Assembly (NCBI GenBank): GCA_017513085.1
Contig: JAFWDK010000010.1
Location: 1 to 64,000, forward strand
Direction: 5' to 3'
DNA from: Clostridiales bacterium
GTDB lineage: Bacteria; Bacillota; Clostridia; Saccharofermentanales; Saccharofermentanaceae
Length of the DNA: 64,000 nt
Part shown: positions 51,585 to 62,228 of the stretch, one piece after another
Layout: every line of letters begins with the position of its first letter
Position numbering within the stretch: position 1 is the stretch's first letter
Notes under the pieces: generated by a model
The model's database searches: none
What the model was told of the DNA's origin: nothing
What the model saw: only the letters and a program-made list of their open reading frames with translations
Position numbers and translations under genes: made by a program

Positions 51585-52568
51585 ATGCAGAAAGTAAAGT
51601 GGGGTATTCTTGGAACCGCCAATGTAGCCAGATGGGGGACGATTCCGGGTATGAAACAATCGCCGAGCTGTGAACTCTATGCGATCGCCGGCAGAAATCC
51701 GGAAAAAGCGGAAAGCTATAAGAGAGACTATGGCTTTGAAAAAGCTTATGGCAGCTATGACGAACTGATCAACGATCCGGATGTTCAGGCTATTTATATA
51801 CCATTGCCGAACGATCTTCATCTGAAGTGGGTAAAAGCTGCGCTTCAAAGCGGGAAACACGTTCTTTGCGAAAAACCATTGGCACTGAACGCCAATGAGG
51901 CAAAGGAGATGTTTCAAACCGCAAAAGACTGTGGAGTATATCTCATGGAAGCATATGCGTACCTGCATAGCCCCTATGTTGAGAGCCTGAGAAATGATGT
52001 GAAGAGTGGGTTGATCGGAGATGTGGATTATATCGACACGGCATTCGTCACGCAAGGGTATAAGGAAGATTTCCGGCTTCACAAAGAGCATGGTGGCGGT
52101 GCCATGTATGATCTCGGTTGCTACTGCACGACGATGATCCTGTCTTTGATCGATTCGGAACCGGTTTTTGTTTCCGGAAGTGCTGAATATTCCGACCTTG
52201 ATGTGGATCTGAATACTGCTGCGATCATTCGATTTAAAAACGGAGCAAGAGCATCTTTTAATGTCGGCATGATCCTTGGCGAAAACACAAATTCGCGTTT
52301 TGACAGGCTTTTCATTCATGGATCGAAAGGCTCGATCCGTTCGGATGTTGAGTATAACCAGGAAGGAAAAGTCAGCTATAAGGTGTTTTCGAAGGAAAGA
52401 GTTTCGGAGAATACGATTTCCGTTCCACATAATTATTCTCTTGAGATCGAACAGTTCAGCCGGTGCATCCTTTATGGGGAAAAACCATTTGTCACGCCTG
52501 AGTTTTCAATTAAAAACGCAGAACTAATGGATATGGTTTTTGATGCGATCGGATTTTATAAGAGATAA
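51585..52568 (+). CDS. Gfo/Idh/MocA-family oxidoreductase
   Basis: WGILGTA, YIPLPNDLH, HVLCEKP and GGGAMYDLGCY motifs. Confidence 0.92.
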   Translation: MQKVKWGILGTANVARWGTIPGMKQSPSCELYAIAGRNPEKAESYKRDYGFEKAYGSYDELINDPDVQAIYIPLPNDLHLKWVKAALQSGKHVLCEKPLALNANEAKEMFQTAKDCGVYLMEAYAYLHSPYVESLRNDVKSGLIGDVDYIDTAFVTQGYKEDFRLHKEHGGGAMYDLGCYCTTMILSLIDSEPVFVSGSAEYSDLDVDLNTAAIIRFKNGARASFNVGMILGENTNSRFDRLFIHGSKGSIRSDVEYNQEGKVSYKVFSKERVSENTISVPHNYSLEIEQFSRCILYGEKPFVTPEFSIKNAELMDMVFDAIGFYKR

Positions 52569-52666
52569 GAATTCAGCGCCTAAAAGATAAAAATAGTTGA
52601 ACTCGAGAAGGTTATATGAGTTATAATTATTTGAGAGGGTGATTTGTTTATTGGAGGGCGAGGGGT

Positions 52667-53260
52667 ATGAAAATCTACGATATTTCGCAAGAGGTATTCG
52701 GATGTCAGGTCTATCCCGGCGATCCGTCTCCGGAAAGAGAAATCAAACTTCGAATTGAAGATGGCGCAGTCTGCAACCTTAGCGCACTTCATATGTGTGC
52801 GCACAATGGTACGCATGTGGATGCGCCATATCATTTCTTGAATGAAGGTAAAAAGATCGATGAGATCGATCTTTCAAAGTTTGTCGGGTATGCTTACGTG
52901 GCGGAACACCAGGGTGATATTACCGCTTCGGATGCTGCCAGTATCCTCGAAAAGGCTCGAAGATCTGATGCAGAAGCGGCACGGCGGATCCTGGTCAAAG
53001 GAGACGCTACCATGACGGTTGAAGCGGCTTCGGTTTTCGCTGACGCAGGGATCCTTCTTTATGGTAATGAGTCGCAGACGGTTGGACCGATGGATGCGCC
53101 TATGGCTGTTCATCTTATTATGCTTGGCGCACAGATCGTTCTTCTTGAAGGGATCCGTTTGCAAGATGTTCCAGAGGGTGTGTATATTCTTCATGCCGCG
53201 CCACTGAATCTGGGAGGTGCCGAAGGAGCCCCTTGCCGGGCGACGCTTATGCAGATATAA
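52667..53260 (+). CDS. Cyclase-family metal hydrolase (kynurenine formamidase-like)
   Basis: YPGDP, HNGTHVDAPYH, LEG and GAPCRA motifs. Confidence 0.88.
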   Translation: MKIYDISQEVFGCQVYPGDPSPEREIKLRIEDGAVCNLSALHMCAHNGTHVDAPYHFLNEGKKIDEIDLSKFVGYAYVAEHQGDITASDAASILEKARRSDAEAARRILVKGDATMTVEAASVFADAGILLYGNESQTVGPMDAPMAVHLIMLGAQIVLLEGIRLQDVPEGVYILHAAPLNLGGAEGAPCRATLMQI

Positions 53261-53274
53261 CGCAGGAGTGCTTT

Positions 53275-55587
53275 ATGAGCGGGAAGAGAAGATTTCATAT
53301 TGACGAGCGATATGTTACGGTCAATCTGACACTGAGTATTATCCTCTATTCGATGGTCGTTCCTTTCTGCATCTATCTTTGCGTGGATAATTATATACAC
53401 GGGAATAAAGTGGTGGCGAGATATGCATTGTTTTGTGCATCCATGACAGCGATAGCTACGGTTCTTTTTGCTATCTGCAAGTTCGGAAAGAAGAGACGCC
53501 GATGGCTGATGCATCTGGCGATCAATATCCAGTGTTTTGTCTACTGGATCACATTTACCTTCTTCCTTTATACCGGCGGAACAGGAGGAACAAGTATTTT
53601 CCTGTTTTTCCTCGCTGTTCCGGTCGTTTTCTACTTCTTTAATCTGTCCTATGGTCTGTATTTTAATATGGTTTTCTTCCTGATCATGGTTGTATATATG
53701 AATACACCGCTTCGGGAAATGGGGTATCAGTTTCCTAAGGTGTACTATTCACGTTTGCCCATGATGTATCTTGTGAATGTCATTATGTGTGGTATTGCGC
53801 AGTATGAAACCGTGAAAGCGAAGATCAAGCAGGATCGGGCTTTGGATGAAGCAAAGCGGGCTAACGAGGCGAAGACGGATTTTTTGGCGAATACCAGTCA
53901 TGAGATACGAACACCGATCAATGCGGTCCTCGGCATGAATGAAATGATCCTTAGAGAGTCCACCAAAGCGGAGAAGCTCGCCAATGCGGACCCGACACTG
54001 TATAAAGAAGTTTTCAGTAAGATCCGTCACTATTCCGGAAATGTAGATAGTGCAGGAAGTAACCTGCTTTCCATCATCAACGATATCCTGGATTTCACCA
54101 AGATCGAAGAGGGAAAGATGGATATCGTGCCGGTCGAATACCAGTTGAGCTCTTTGATCAATGATTTGAGCAATATGATCAGTTTTAAAGCCAAAGAGAA
54201 AAATCTGGTTTTTACTACGGATGTCGACGAGACGCTTCCGGATCGTCTTTATGGTGATGTGGTTCGTGTCAGACAGGTCATTACCAATATCCTGAATAAT
54301 GCCGTCAAATACACGGATTCGGGCAGTGTTACGCTGAAGATCGCCGGAAAGCGTGAAGGGGAGAAACAGGATGGAAAACCTGTCATAAACCTGATCGCTG
54401 TTGTGACAGACACAGGTATTGGCATCCGGAAGGAAAACATCGAAAAGCTTTTCGGTAAATTCGAAAGAGTGGATCTTGAGAAAAACAGTACCAAGGAAGG
54501 TACAGGACTTGGTCTGGCTATAACCAAAATGCTTCTTGAGATGATGAACGGAGATGTGAAAGTTGAGAGTACATATGGTGCCGGATCCGTTTTTACGATC
54601 GTTATTCCTCAAGTCGTGCTGGCAGAAGATCCGGTGGGTGATTTTGCGGTAAAATTCGAAAAAACACTTGGTGAAAAGAAAAGCTACCATGAGAGTTTTC
54701 ATGCGCCTTCAGCCGAGATCCTAATCGTTGATGATACCAAGATGAACCTGATCGTAGTCAAAGAGTTTTTAAAGGAGACGCAATTAAGCATCGACACTGC
54801 CGGAAGCGGTAAAGAGGCTGTGGAGATGGCAGATTCGAAAAAATATGATGTGATCCTGATGGACCAGCGGATGCCGGAAATGGACGGGGAAGAAGCTCTG
54901 CATGAAATCAGGAAACGGGAGGATGGCCCGAATCTTCATACCCCGGTGATCTGCCTGACTGCAGATGCGGTGGTGGGTGCCAGAGAACGTTATCTGTCTA
55001 AGGGTTTTGACGATTATCTGACAAAACCGATCGATAGCACGTCTTTGGAAATCATGCTGAAAAAGTATATTCCGTCGGAAAAAATCGAGAGTGCGAATGT
55101 GGAATCCGAGAAAGAGGATAAATCGATAACAGAAGAGAATTCTTCCCAAACGGAATTATCGAACCTGACAAAGTGCGGGATCGATACGAACAGCGGAATC
55201 CAAAATTGTGGAGGTGACGAAGCGTTCTATCGTACGATCCTGCATGAGTACGTCAGAAGTTCCGAAGAGAAAACATCGAATTTAAATGCTTATCTCAATA
55301 ATGAAGATTTGAAGGACTACTCGATCCTCGTACATGCATTGAAAAGCACTTCCGCGACGATCGGTGCACAGGGGCTTGCCAAGCGCGCGTCGGAACTTGA
55401 AGAGGCTGCGGCAAAAGGGAATATGGAGTTTGTGAGAACGCATCACGAGACGCTCTTGAACGAATATGAGCAGGTCTTGAAAGCATTACGAAATATGGTA
55501 CCGGAAAATGAGACATGCGCGCCTTTAAGTGCCGATGAAAACGAGGTATTAGAGTTTTTTCCTGAAAATGACGAGAATTCCTTGTAA
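53275..55587 (+). CDS. Hybrid sensor histidine kinase with receiver and Hpt domains
   Basis: About 6 TMs; FLANTSHEIRTP, NAVKYT, DTGIG and GTGLGL; VDD, MDQRMP and KP (receiver); HALKS (Hpt). Confidence 0.93.
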   Translation: MSGKRRFHIDERYVTVNLTLSIILYSMVVPFCIYLCVDNYIHGNKVVARYALFCASMTAIATVLFAICKFGKKRRRWLMHLAINIQCFVYWITFTFFLYTGGTGGTSIFLFFLAVPVVFYFFNLSYGLYFNMVFFLIMVVYMNTPLREMGYQFPKVYYSRLPMMYLVNVIMCGIAQYETVKAKIKQDRALDEAKRANEAKTDFLANTSHEIRTPINAVLGMNEMILRESTKAEKLANADPTLYKEVFSKIRHYSGNVDSAGSNLLSIINDILDFTKIEEGKMDIVPVEYQLSSLINDLSNMISFKAKEKNLVFTTDVDETLPDRLYGDVVRVRQVITNILNNAVKYTDSGSVTLKIAGKREGEKQDGKPVINLIAVVTDTGIGIRKENIEKLFGKFERVDLEKNSTKEGTGLGLAITKMLLEMMNGDVKVESTYGAGSVFTIVIPQVVLAEDPVGDFAVKFEKTLGEKKSYHESFHAPSAEILIVDDTKMNLIVVKEFLKETQLSIDTAGSGKEAVEMADSKKYDVILMDQRMPEMDGEEALHEIRKREDGPNLHTPVICLTADAVVGARERYLSKGFDDYLTKPIDSTSLEIMLKKYIPSEKIESANVESEKEDKSITEENSSQTELSNLTKCGIDTNSGIQNCGGDEAFYRTILHEYVRSSEEKTSNLNAYLNNEDLKDYSILVHALKSTSATIGAQGLAKRASELEEAAAKGNMEFVRTHHETLLNEYEQVLKALRNMVPENETCAPLSADENEVLEFFPENDENSL

Positions 55588-55648
55588 AAGATATATGATT
55601 ATATTACTATTTTATAGGAAAAGAAAGGAAAAGAGGTAGTAAAGTATT

Positions 55649-56431
55649 ATGTGTCCACAGTATCAAGAAGATGAAGTCGATCGTTATTTTCGAATGCAAG
55701 AACAAGGCATTTCCGAAGACGAACCAAAAGAAGAACATACATATGTTGATGAGGAAGACCGGTTGCGCAGACAGCTTGTGCATGATGAGAAGGTGGTTCA
55801 ATGTGCGGAATACTCGAAGAAGTATATGTCCATTTTTTCTCTGATGGTTATCAACATAGTGCTCGCGGTGGGTTCTTTGGCGATCGCGATCCTCGCGATT
55901 GCAAATATTCGGTTTACTATAAAACATTATCAGTTGATCACAAATATCCTATATGGTATTTCCCTGACCACTTTTGTCTTGTACATTTTACAGGGTGTGA
56001 TCATATTATCATTGGGTAAATTTGTGTACGACTTTAGAACAGCAGGCATGCTGTTGATGCTTCGTGGCGCGCTTGTTGCACTAAGAACGTCTTTTGGCGG
56101 TGTTTTTGGTTCGCTGTGTGGAATCGGAGTAGCAGTCACATCCATTCTGTACATTTTGAAGTTTGTAACTGCTTTGAGTTCCAGTTTCGATAATGTGGCA
56201 ACATATATGGCGATCACTTGGGATAACTTCAAAAAACTATATACATACTTTTATATTGCCTGGGGTATTGCCATGGCGGTAAGTCTGGCTCCGATCTACG
56301 GAATGATTGGCCAGTTGTTTCTTGCTATTCTTGAGATCCTGGAGATCGTTCTCATTATTTGGGAAGTCGTTCTTATCTTCCGGTCAGCTTTGGTCATGAA
56401 GCAATATTCCCAATCCATATTTGCCGGTTAA
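55649..56431 (+). CDS. Hypothetical membrane protein
   Basis: Acidic N-terminus followed by about 6 hydrophobic segments; GAGG RBS. Confidence 0.7.
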   Translation: MCPQYQEDEVDRYFRMQEQGISEDEPKEEHTYVDEEDRLRRQLVHDEKVVQCAEYSKKYMSIFSLMVINIVLAVGSLAIAILAIANIRFTIKHYQLITNILYGISLTTFVLYILQGVIILSLGKFVYDFRTAGMLLMLRGALVALRTSFGGVFGSLCGIGVAVTSILYILKFVTALSSSFDNVATYMAITWDNFKKLYTYFYIAWGIAMAVSLAPIYGMIGQLFLAILEILEIVLIIWEVVLIFRSALVMKQYSQSIFAG

Positions 56432-56566
56432 AAGGTTTTCAATTCCGGCCGGAAAACAAGTGCATATTGTTTTTTTCTTCAGATGAGAAATCTGTCATTT
56501 AGTTTTCCCTGAAAACGGGTATAAATAGAGCGATTAATTGTTCTTGCCGAAAGAGGGAGAGTCTTT

Positions 56567-57916
56567 ATGAAACGACAAATTGCGACCATGCTTGTGCTTT
56601 GTATATCCGCTTCCGTTTTGACTGGTTGCAAAGAAAAAGAAGTGACCGGCCCGGAGTCGGAGACGACGTTACACGATAGCGTGCAAACGACGGAAACGTC
56701 TGCTGTATTTATATCGGAAACGACTTCTGCGACGAATGAAGAGAATACGGAAACAACGATTGTCGAAACGAAGGAGAGTACCACTGAAGAGACCTCGGAA
56801 GAAACGTCGCAGAAACCGGGGGATGAACTGTTTCAGAAGTTTTCCGAAACGGTCGAAAGCAATCCTGGACTTTCAGATTATAAGGACTATGTTTACCTGA
56901 TGTTCCCTGTAGTCTCGGATGCAGAGGCATTCATTGACGAAGAGTATTTTTACTCGCGTCTTTCGACACTTACGATCAAGCCGGCGCATTTTGAAGATGG
57001 AAAGAACGGGGAGTATGACCCGTCAAATGTCATTACGTTCAATGCTGATCTAAAGACAAATTGCCCGGAAAGAATAGAGGGTGTTCTTTTTCATGAACTG
57101 ATGCATTTTGTGGATTGGAATATCAATGGCCCTTGGGAGACGACGCTGATTTTAGACGACCAACATATCCGTATGTCGGATTTTCAGACGTTATCGACAG
57201 AAGAAATGCAAAAAACGGAACTGTGTCCGGAGTCTTGGATCATTACGGAAGGTGGCGCCGAGTATTGGACGTCCAAATTCCTGACGGGTGCACCGGATGC
57301 TTATACGGATTGTGTCAGCTTTCTTTCCGGAATGGAGTATATTCTGGGAGAGGACTATATGAAAAAACTGTTCTATAGTTGGGACACCGATGCTTTTTTT
57401 GAAGAACTGTTTCTTGAAATCGGATATACTCCGGATCAATTCGTCCAGGCGAGTATTGCACTGAATTGCATTGCCCGTCCTGATGTTTTTGATATGCCTG
57501 ATGCTACGATATCCGCAGATGATATGCTGATCGAATTATATACGCAACATAAGGGCGAAAACTGGAAAGAAGATGCCAAGTTTTTGGCGATCCTGAAAAA
57601 CTTGAACGGCATTGGCCTTCAGGGATGGAGACGGTCGAAAAATGCGGATTTCCTGGAAGGAATCGTCTATCAGACATGGGATCAGTTTGAAGAATTGGAG
57701 AAGAAATTCACGGAAGGGATCCCTGAAGATCCGAATCTGGTTCACCCGTACCCGACGCTCTTTATGAAAAACGGGAAGCTTTTGTACGGAACATATGGAA
57801 GCTTTACCGATACGAAGAGTAAGGAAACATATATGGGCTATATCACATACGAGTGGGATTTTGAAACGGATACCCGATCAAACTATACCATTACGCATGC
57901 GGAAAAACTTACGTAA
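56567..57916 (+). CDS. Lipoprotein with a gluzincin-type metallopeptidase motif
   Basis: Lipobox LTGC, Thr/Glu-rich linker, HELMH plus downstream ITEGGAE. Confidence 0.7.
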   Translation: MKRQIATMLVLCISASVLTGCKEKEVTGPESETTLHDSVQTTETSAVFISETTSATNEENTETTIVETKESTTEETSEETSQKPGDELFQKFSETVESNPGLSDYKDYVYLMFPVVSDAEAFIDEEYFYSRLSTLTIKPAHFEDGKNGEYDPSNVITFNADLKTNCPERIEGVLFHELMHFVDWNINGPWETTLILDDQHIRMSDFQTLSTEEMQKTELCPESWIITEGGAEYWTSKFLTGAPDAYTDCVSFLSGMEYILGEDYMKKLFYSWDTDAFFEELFLEIGYTPDQFVQASIALNCIARPDVFDMPDATISADDMLIELYTQHKGENWKEDAKFLAILKNLNGIGLQGWRRSKNADFLEGIVYQTWDQFEELEKKFTEGIPEDPNLVHPYPTLFMKNGKLLYGTYGSFTDTKSKETYMGYITYEWDFETDTRSNYTITHAEKLT

Positions 57917-58691
57917 AGCTCAGTATCTCTTTGACGAGCGAAAGGAAAACGGAATCATCGACTGTATTTAAGAAGCGGATGGCATGGTAACTTGTACCAT
58001 CGGTAAAAATGGCGGTCTGCATACTGTTTTCATCGGGACCGAAAAGTTCGACCGTTACACCGTCATCTGTTTTCAGCGTACGGGATGAGGTAAAGTTTTC
58101 AGCCAGCGCATAGATCTCTTCTTTGATCGGGTTGATATTCCACAGGCATTCTTCGCTGTCTGTGCTATAGCTGATCTCTGCAAAGTTGTCATAGGTGACA
58201 TAGCTTTTCATTGTAGGTGTAAAAGGAAGACAGCAAAGGTCGGAAAGAGTAAGGCCGAGTGAACTGTTGAGTTCCGAAATATCACTGAACGTAAATATTC
58301 CACCGGAAACTCCGGTCTGTGACGGATCCGGAGTAATCAAACCACCGGCAATGATGCTCTCGCTGGTTGGAGAAACCGAAGAAGTATTTGTAACGGTTGT
58401 TTTATGAGTGTTTCTCCAAGCAAAGAAGATGCCACCACCGATAAGTAGTGCGGTGGCTGCCAGCGCAAGACTTCCGATAAGCGCAGGACGCTTGGCATTA
58501 CGGACAGGTATAAGGGAAACAGGAGTACGCGCCGATGGACGGGAAGATGTCTTTTCTGTTTGCGCGTGCTGTTGTTCAGCCGTCGGGGAAACGGATTCGT
58601 TATTTGTGCGTGCTTTTACGTTTTTCAGCACACGCTCGCGCATCTCCTCAGTAAGTTCAATGTTTTCCATAATGTTTTTGTACTTACTCAT
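57909..58691 (-). CDS. Putative anti-sigma factor (single TM)
   Basis: Overlaps the ECF sigma gene; short cytoplasmic N-terminus, one TM, extracellular domain. Confidence 0.65.
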   Translation of the reverse strand: MSKYKNIMENIELTEEMRERVLKNVKARTNNESVSPTAEQQHAQTEKTSSRPSARTPVSLIPVRNAKRPALIGSLALAATALLIGGGIFFAWRNTHKTTVTNTSSVSPTSESIIAGGLITPDPSQTGVSGGIFTFSDISELNSSLGLTLSDLCCLPFTPTMKSYVTYDNFAEISYSTDSEECLWNINPIKEEIYALAENFTSSRTLKTDDGVTVELFGPDENSMQTAIFTDGTSYHAIRFLNTVDDSVFLSLVKEILSFT

Positions 58692-59223
58692 CGAAATCGT
58701 ACTCCTCTCGTAGTATTTCCTTCAGTTTCTTTCTTGCTCTCTTTAAACGCGTCCGTATATTGGCTCCGCTCTCGTTCAGGATCGCTGCGATCTCTTCGGT
58801 TTGGTAACCTTCTTCGTAAAACAGGTGAATGACTTCACGATAACTTTCCGGCAATGATCTGACAGCTTCCCAGATATAGGAGAGATCTTCTTTCTTTTCT
58901 GCGACGAGTTCCTCATTCAGTTCATCCGTGTCGCGGAGTTTGTTATATTCGATCCTGTTTTTGCTGAGATTAGCCGTCACGCGGAGGATCCACGCTTTTT
59001 CGTGTTCGCTGCTTGCGAAAGCAGGAGCCTGGCTGATCAGTTTGATCAGCACGTCCTGCAGGATCTCTTCGCTGTCTTCCATATTATGCACGTAGGAGTA
59101 AGCCAGACGCAGGATTCGATTGCCATGCTTGCCCAGGATCCCACGCAGGTACTCGTCCTGGGTGAGATCCTGGGATCTTTCGGAATCACTGTTTTCTGCT
59201 GTATGTCGAAGATGAAACGGCAT
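58684..59223 (-). CDS. ECF RNA polymerase sigma factor
   Basis: DSEEILQDV, AWILRVTAN, LPESYREVIHL and IRTRLKRARKKL motifs. Confidence 0.9.
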   Translation of the reverse strand: MPFHLRHTAENSDSERSQDLTQDEYLRGILGKHGNRILRLAYSYVHNMEDSEEILQDVLIKLISQAPAFASSEHEKAWILRVTANLSKNRIEYNKLRDTDELNEELVAEKKEDLSYIWEAVRSLPESYREVIHLFYEEGYQTEEIAAILNESGANIRTRLKRARKKLKEILREEYDFDE

Positions 59224-59277
59224 ATACTACTCCTGCTTGTCACTTATGCTTTCATTATACACCTATGCCGGAGCGGG

Positions 59278-60102
59278 TCAGGATTCGGAATCTGCTGCTA
59301 CGGAAGTCTCGGAAGCTTCCGGACTTCCTTCCGGATATTCCGGGTTGAAAGTCACGTCGTCAGTTGATATCTCAGCTGTTCCGTCAGATTTTTTGGTGAT
59401 CGTCATCAGCGTGAGTTCGGTGGATGGATCGTCGATGACAGCTTTCACACGGCAAAGAACCAGATACTTGGTACCATCCTTCGTGTTCAAACCAAGATAC
59501 GCGACCGGTTCATTCTCGCCACCGGCTAAAATCATGCTGGCCAGCGCTTTTTCATAGGCATCCTTGACCTCCTGGTTTTTAGCAAAAGCAACTTCTCCGG
59601 AGTTTGCGGTCCAGTCGGCGTTCTGGTTCTGAGGATCGAGAAGCGGATCGATCTTCAGGACAGATGCAGCTCCTTGCAGATCCTCGTATACGTATACGAG
59701 ATAGTAACCAGGGTTCGCGCCCGGAACTGTGGCTGTGCCTTTACAAAGAATGCAGTAGTTAGTACCTGAGACGATCTGCTTGCCGAGAAGATAAACGGCT
59801 TCGAAATCCATACCGGTCAGGGCAGAAGTTGCTTTTTCAAATGCGTCTTTCGCTTGCGGATTCTTCTCGATTTCGATGTTCTCGATGTTTCCGTCCCATC
59901 CGCCTACATGACCTAGCATATTCGGTCCCTCCGATCTCTTAATGCTCATCAGCCGGACAAGCTGTCCTTCGTCAGACGGCACCTGGGAGATTGTAGCAAG
60001 GGATCCGGCTACATCGTTCTTCGTTGTGTCTTTAGAGTTCTTGCAGCCTGCCATCGCCATGACTGTTGTTAATGTAAGTAAAATTGCAACTGACTTTTTC
60101 AT
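59278..60102 (-). CDS. Lipoprotein with an internal duplication
   Basis: Lipobox MAGC; two similar units AKDAFEKA...YLLG...GTNYCILC and VKDAYEKA...YLG...GTKYLVLC. Confidence 0.75.
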   Translation of the reverse strand: MKKSVAILLTLTTVMAMAGCKNSKDTTKNDVAGSLATISQVPSDEGQLVRLMSIKRSEGPNMLGHVGGWDGNIENIEIEKNPQAKDAFEKATSALTGMDFEAVYLLGKQIVSGTNYCILCKGTATVPGANPGYYLVYVYEDLQGAASVLKIDPLLDPQNQNADWTANSGEVAFAKNQEVKDAYEKALASMILAGGENEPVAYLGLNTKDGTKYLVLCRVKAVIDDPSTELTLMTITKKSDGTAEISTDDVTFNPEYPEGSPEASETSVAADSES

Positions 60103-60354
60103 TTTTCGTTACCTCGTTTCTTTTCTTTTTGGTGAATCAGCTCTTGGCCTTTTCACCCTATATACAGCCCGGCCGGGAAAATTGTGACACGGAAAATGTT
60201 GTTTTTAATGAAAAAATGTCTGATAAACGAATTAATAATCGGTTTTATAGGCTTTAGGCACAATTATATAGTCGTTTTTTTGTTTTTATATTTCTACAGT
60301 TGAGACGAATTAAAATGGTATAATTATCTAAAAATGTTGGAAAAAGGAATTTGT

Positions 60355-60963
60355 ATGATCAAAAATATAGTTTTGGACATGGGAAATGTTCTTCTCGACT
60401 TTAATCCCGAGTTCGTCTTAAGTCAATTCTGCTCTTCGGAAGAAGAAAAAGAAGTGATCCGCCAAGAGCTTTTTCATGGGCCGGAGTGGAAGATGGGAGA
60501 TCGTGGTCTCATCAAAGATAAAGACCGTTTTGATTTGGTGAAGGGACGTGTTCCGGAAAAATACCACCAGGCGTTACGGAATTGCGCGGATCACTGGGAT
60601 ATTTGCATGAAGGAACTTCCGGGTGCCAGAGAATTCTGTGAGAAGGTAAAAGCACTTGGTTTTGGGGTATATATCCTTTCGAATGCGAGTGATCTGTTTT
60701 ATTCATACTTCCCACGATTTATGCCGCTTGACTTTTTTACAGGTGTGTTTGTTTCTGCAGACCATCTTATGCTCAAGCCGGAAGTGGAAATTTTCGAAAC
60801 ATTCCTTAAAGAGTATGGTTTAAAAAGCGAGGAGTGCTTGTTTGTTGATGATCGGCAGGATAATGTCGGGGGGGCAAGACAGGCAGGTATGCAGGCGGTT
60901 TGTTTTAAGGGCGACTATGAAGAAGTGATCAGATTGGCACAAGGTGATAGGATAGCGCAATAG
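60355..60963 (+). CDS. HAD-superfamily phosphatase
   Basis: IVLDMGNVL, LSN, KP and FVDD motifs. Confidence 0.9.
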   Translation: MIKNIVLDMGNVLLDFNPEFVLSQFCSSEEEKEVIRQELFHGPEWKMGDRGLIKDKDRFDLVKGRVPEKYHQALRNCADHWDICMKELPGAREFCEKVKALGFGVYILSNASDLFYSYFPRFMPLDFFTGVFVSADHLMLKPEVEIFETFLKEYGLKSEECLFVDDRQDNVGGARQAGMQAVCFKGDYEEVIRLAQGDRIAQ

Positions 60964-60989
60964 CGTGTATCCGAGGAGGGTATGGGAAT

Positions 60990-62228
60990 ATGGCAAAGAA
61001 TTGTCCCGGTTGTGGGGGCATAATGGAGTATGATCCGGGTTTTGACGCATTGGTCTGCAGATCTTGCGGTAATATCATCGACCCGAAAACGCTTCCGGAT
61101 GCGAGGAGCTTTTATAATGGCGACTACGATGCGGATGGCCCGGAAGATATAGCCGACACACTTTCCGAGTTTGAGGAACTGACAGGCGAAATGTACGATA
61201 CACATGTGTACACTTGCAGTCAGTGTGGTGGTAAAGTCTTGGTTTCCGGAACCGAGATCAGTACACGGTGTGTGTATTGTGGCTCAACTGCAGTGGTTTT
61301 TTCGAGAATTGCGAAGGCAAATCGGCCGGATAAGATCATTCCTTTTTCGATTACAAAGGAAGAAGCAATTACGGCTGTTAAAGAGAACATTCTATCCGGT
61401 GCTTTTATGCCGAGAGGGTTTAAGAAGATCGATCCGGATTGTGTTCGTGGAATCTATATTCCATACTTTACTTATGATGGAGCGATAACGGATACGCAGC
61501 GCCACGTAGTCGGCGTTTCGAACAAGCAATATATCTTTGACGGAAGCGCCGAATTTAAAGACTTGCTTGTGGAATGCTGCGAGATCCTGGATGACCGTTC
61601 GACGGGGTTACTCGAGCCATATAACATGAATGCTGCAGTTGATTTTGATACTTCATATCTAATGGGCTTTTATTCCAATATTCAGGACGTGGAGCCGAAA
61701 AAAGCAAAGATGACTGCAGAGCTTAAGGCGCGTACGATCTTTCATTCGCAAATGCGCCGCCTTTCTCCGAAATCTTTTTTGAAGACGGTTTCATCAGCGC
61801 CAAAACTGGAACTTCATCGCACAGGATATGTGTTGCTCCCGGCTTGGTTTGTTACGATCAATACCAATACTGCGCCATATACATTTCTTGTCAACGGACA
61901 GACGGGAAAGACGACCGGAACCGCTCCGTGGAGCCGTTTCAAAGTGTTCGGAACGATTGCTGCGGCCTCGATAGCTTTTTGTACACTTTTTTTCTATTTG
62001 CTTATATCTGTGGTATTACCATATATCAACGATCAGTCGGTCGATGAACTACAGAGAATGACTCAAGATTCCATGTATCTGATCATTCCAACGATACTCT
62101 TTATTGCTCCGTTCTTCTTGTTGAGTTACGGCATCAGTAAGATGGTGCGTCTGTATAAAAAAATGATGCGCACAGGTTCCGTAACGACTCAGATATTTGC
62201 AAAAAAGAGACAAGGAGGTGTCCGATGA
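60990..62228 (+). CDS. Zn-ribbon-containing membrane protein
   Basis: CPGCGG/CRSCG and CSQCGG/CVYCG, PDKIIPF, LLPAW and VNGQTGK motifs; two C-terminal TMs. Confidence 0.75.
   Translation: MAKNCPGCGGIMEYDPGFDALVCRSCGNIIDPKTLPDARSFYNGDYDADGPEDIADTLSEFEELTGEMYDTHVYTCSQCGGKVLVSGTEISTRCVYCGSTAVVFSRIAKANRPDKIIPFSITKEEAITAVKENILSGAFMPRGFKKIDPDCVRGIYIPYFTYDGAITDTQRHVVGVSNKQYIFDGSAEFKDLLVECCEILDDRSTGLLEPYNMNAAVDFDTSYLMGFYSNIQDVEPKKAKMTAELKARTIFHSQMRRLSPKSFLKTVSSAPKLELHRTGYVLLPAWFVTINTNTAPYTFLVNGQTGKTTGTAPWSRFKVFGTIAAASIAFCTLFFYLLISVVLPYINDQSVDELQRMTQDSMYLIIPTILFIAPFFLLSYGISKMVRLYKKMMRTGSVTTQIFAKKRQGGVR

Noticed and set aside
47626-54702. Long antisense ORFs (47626-48456, 48460-49281, 51393-52430, 53749-54702)
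   Set aside because: They lie opposite well-supported genes and show no motifs; likely codon-bias shadows
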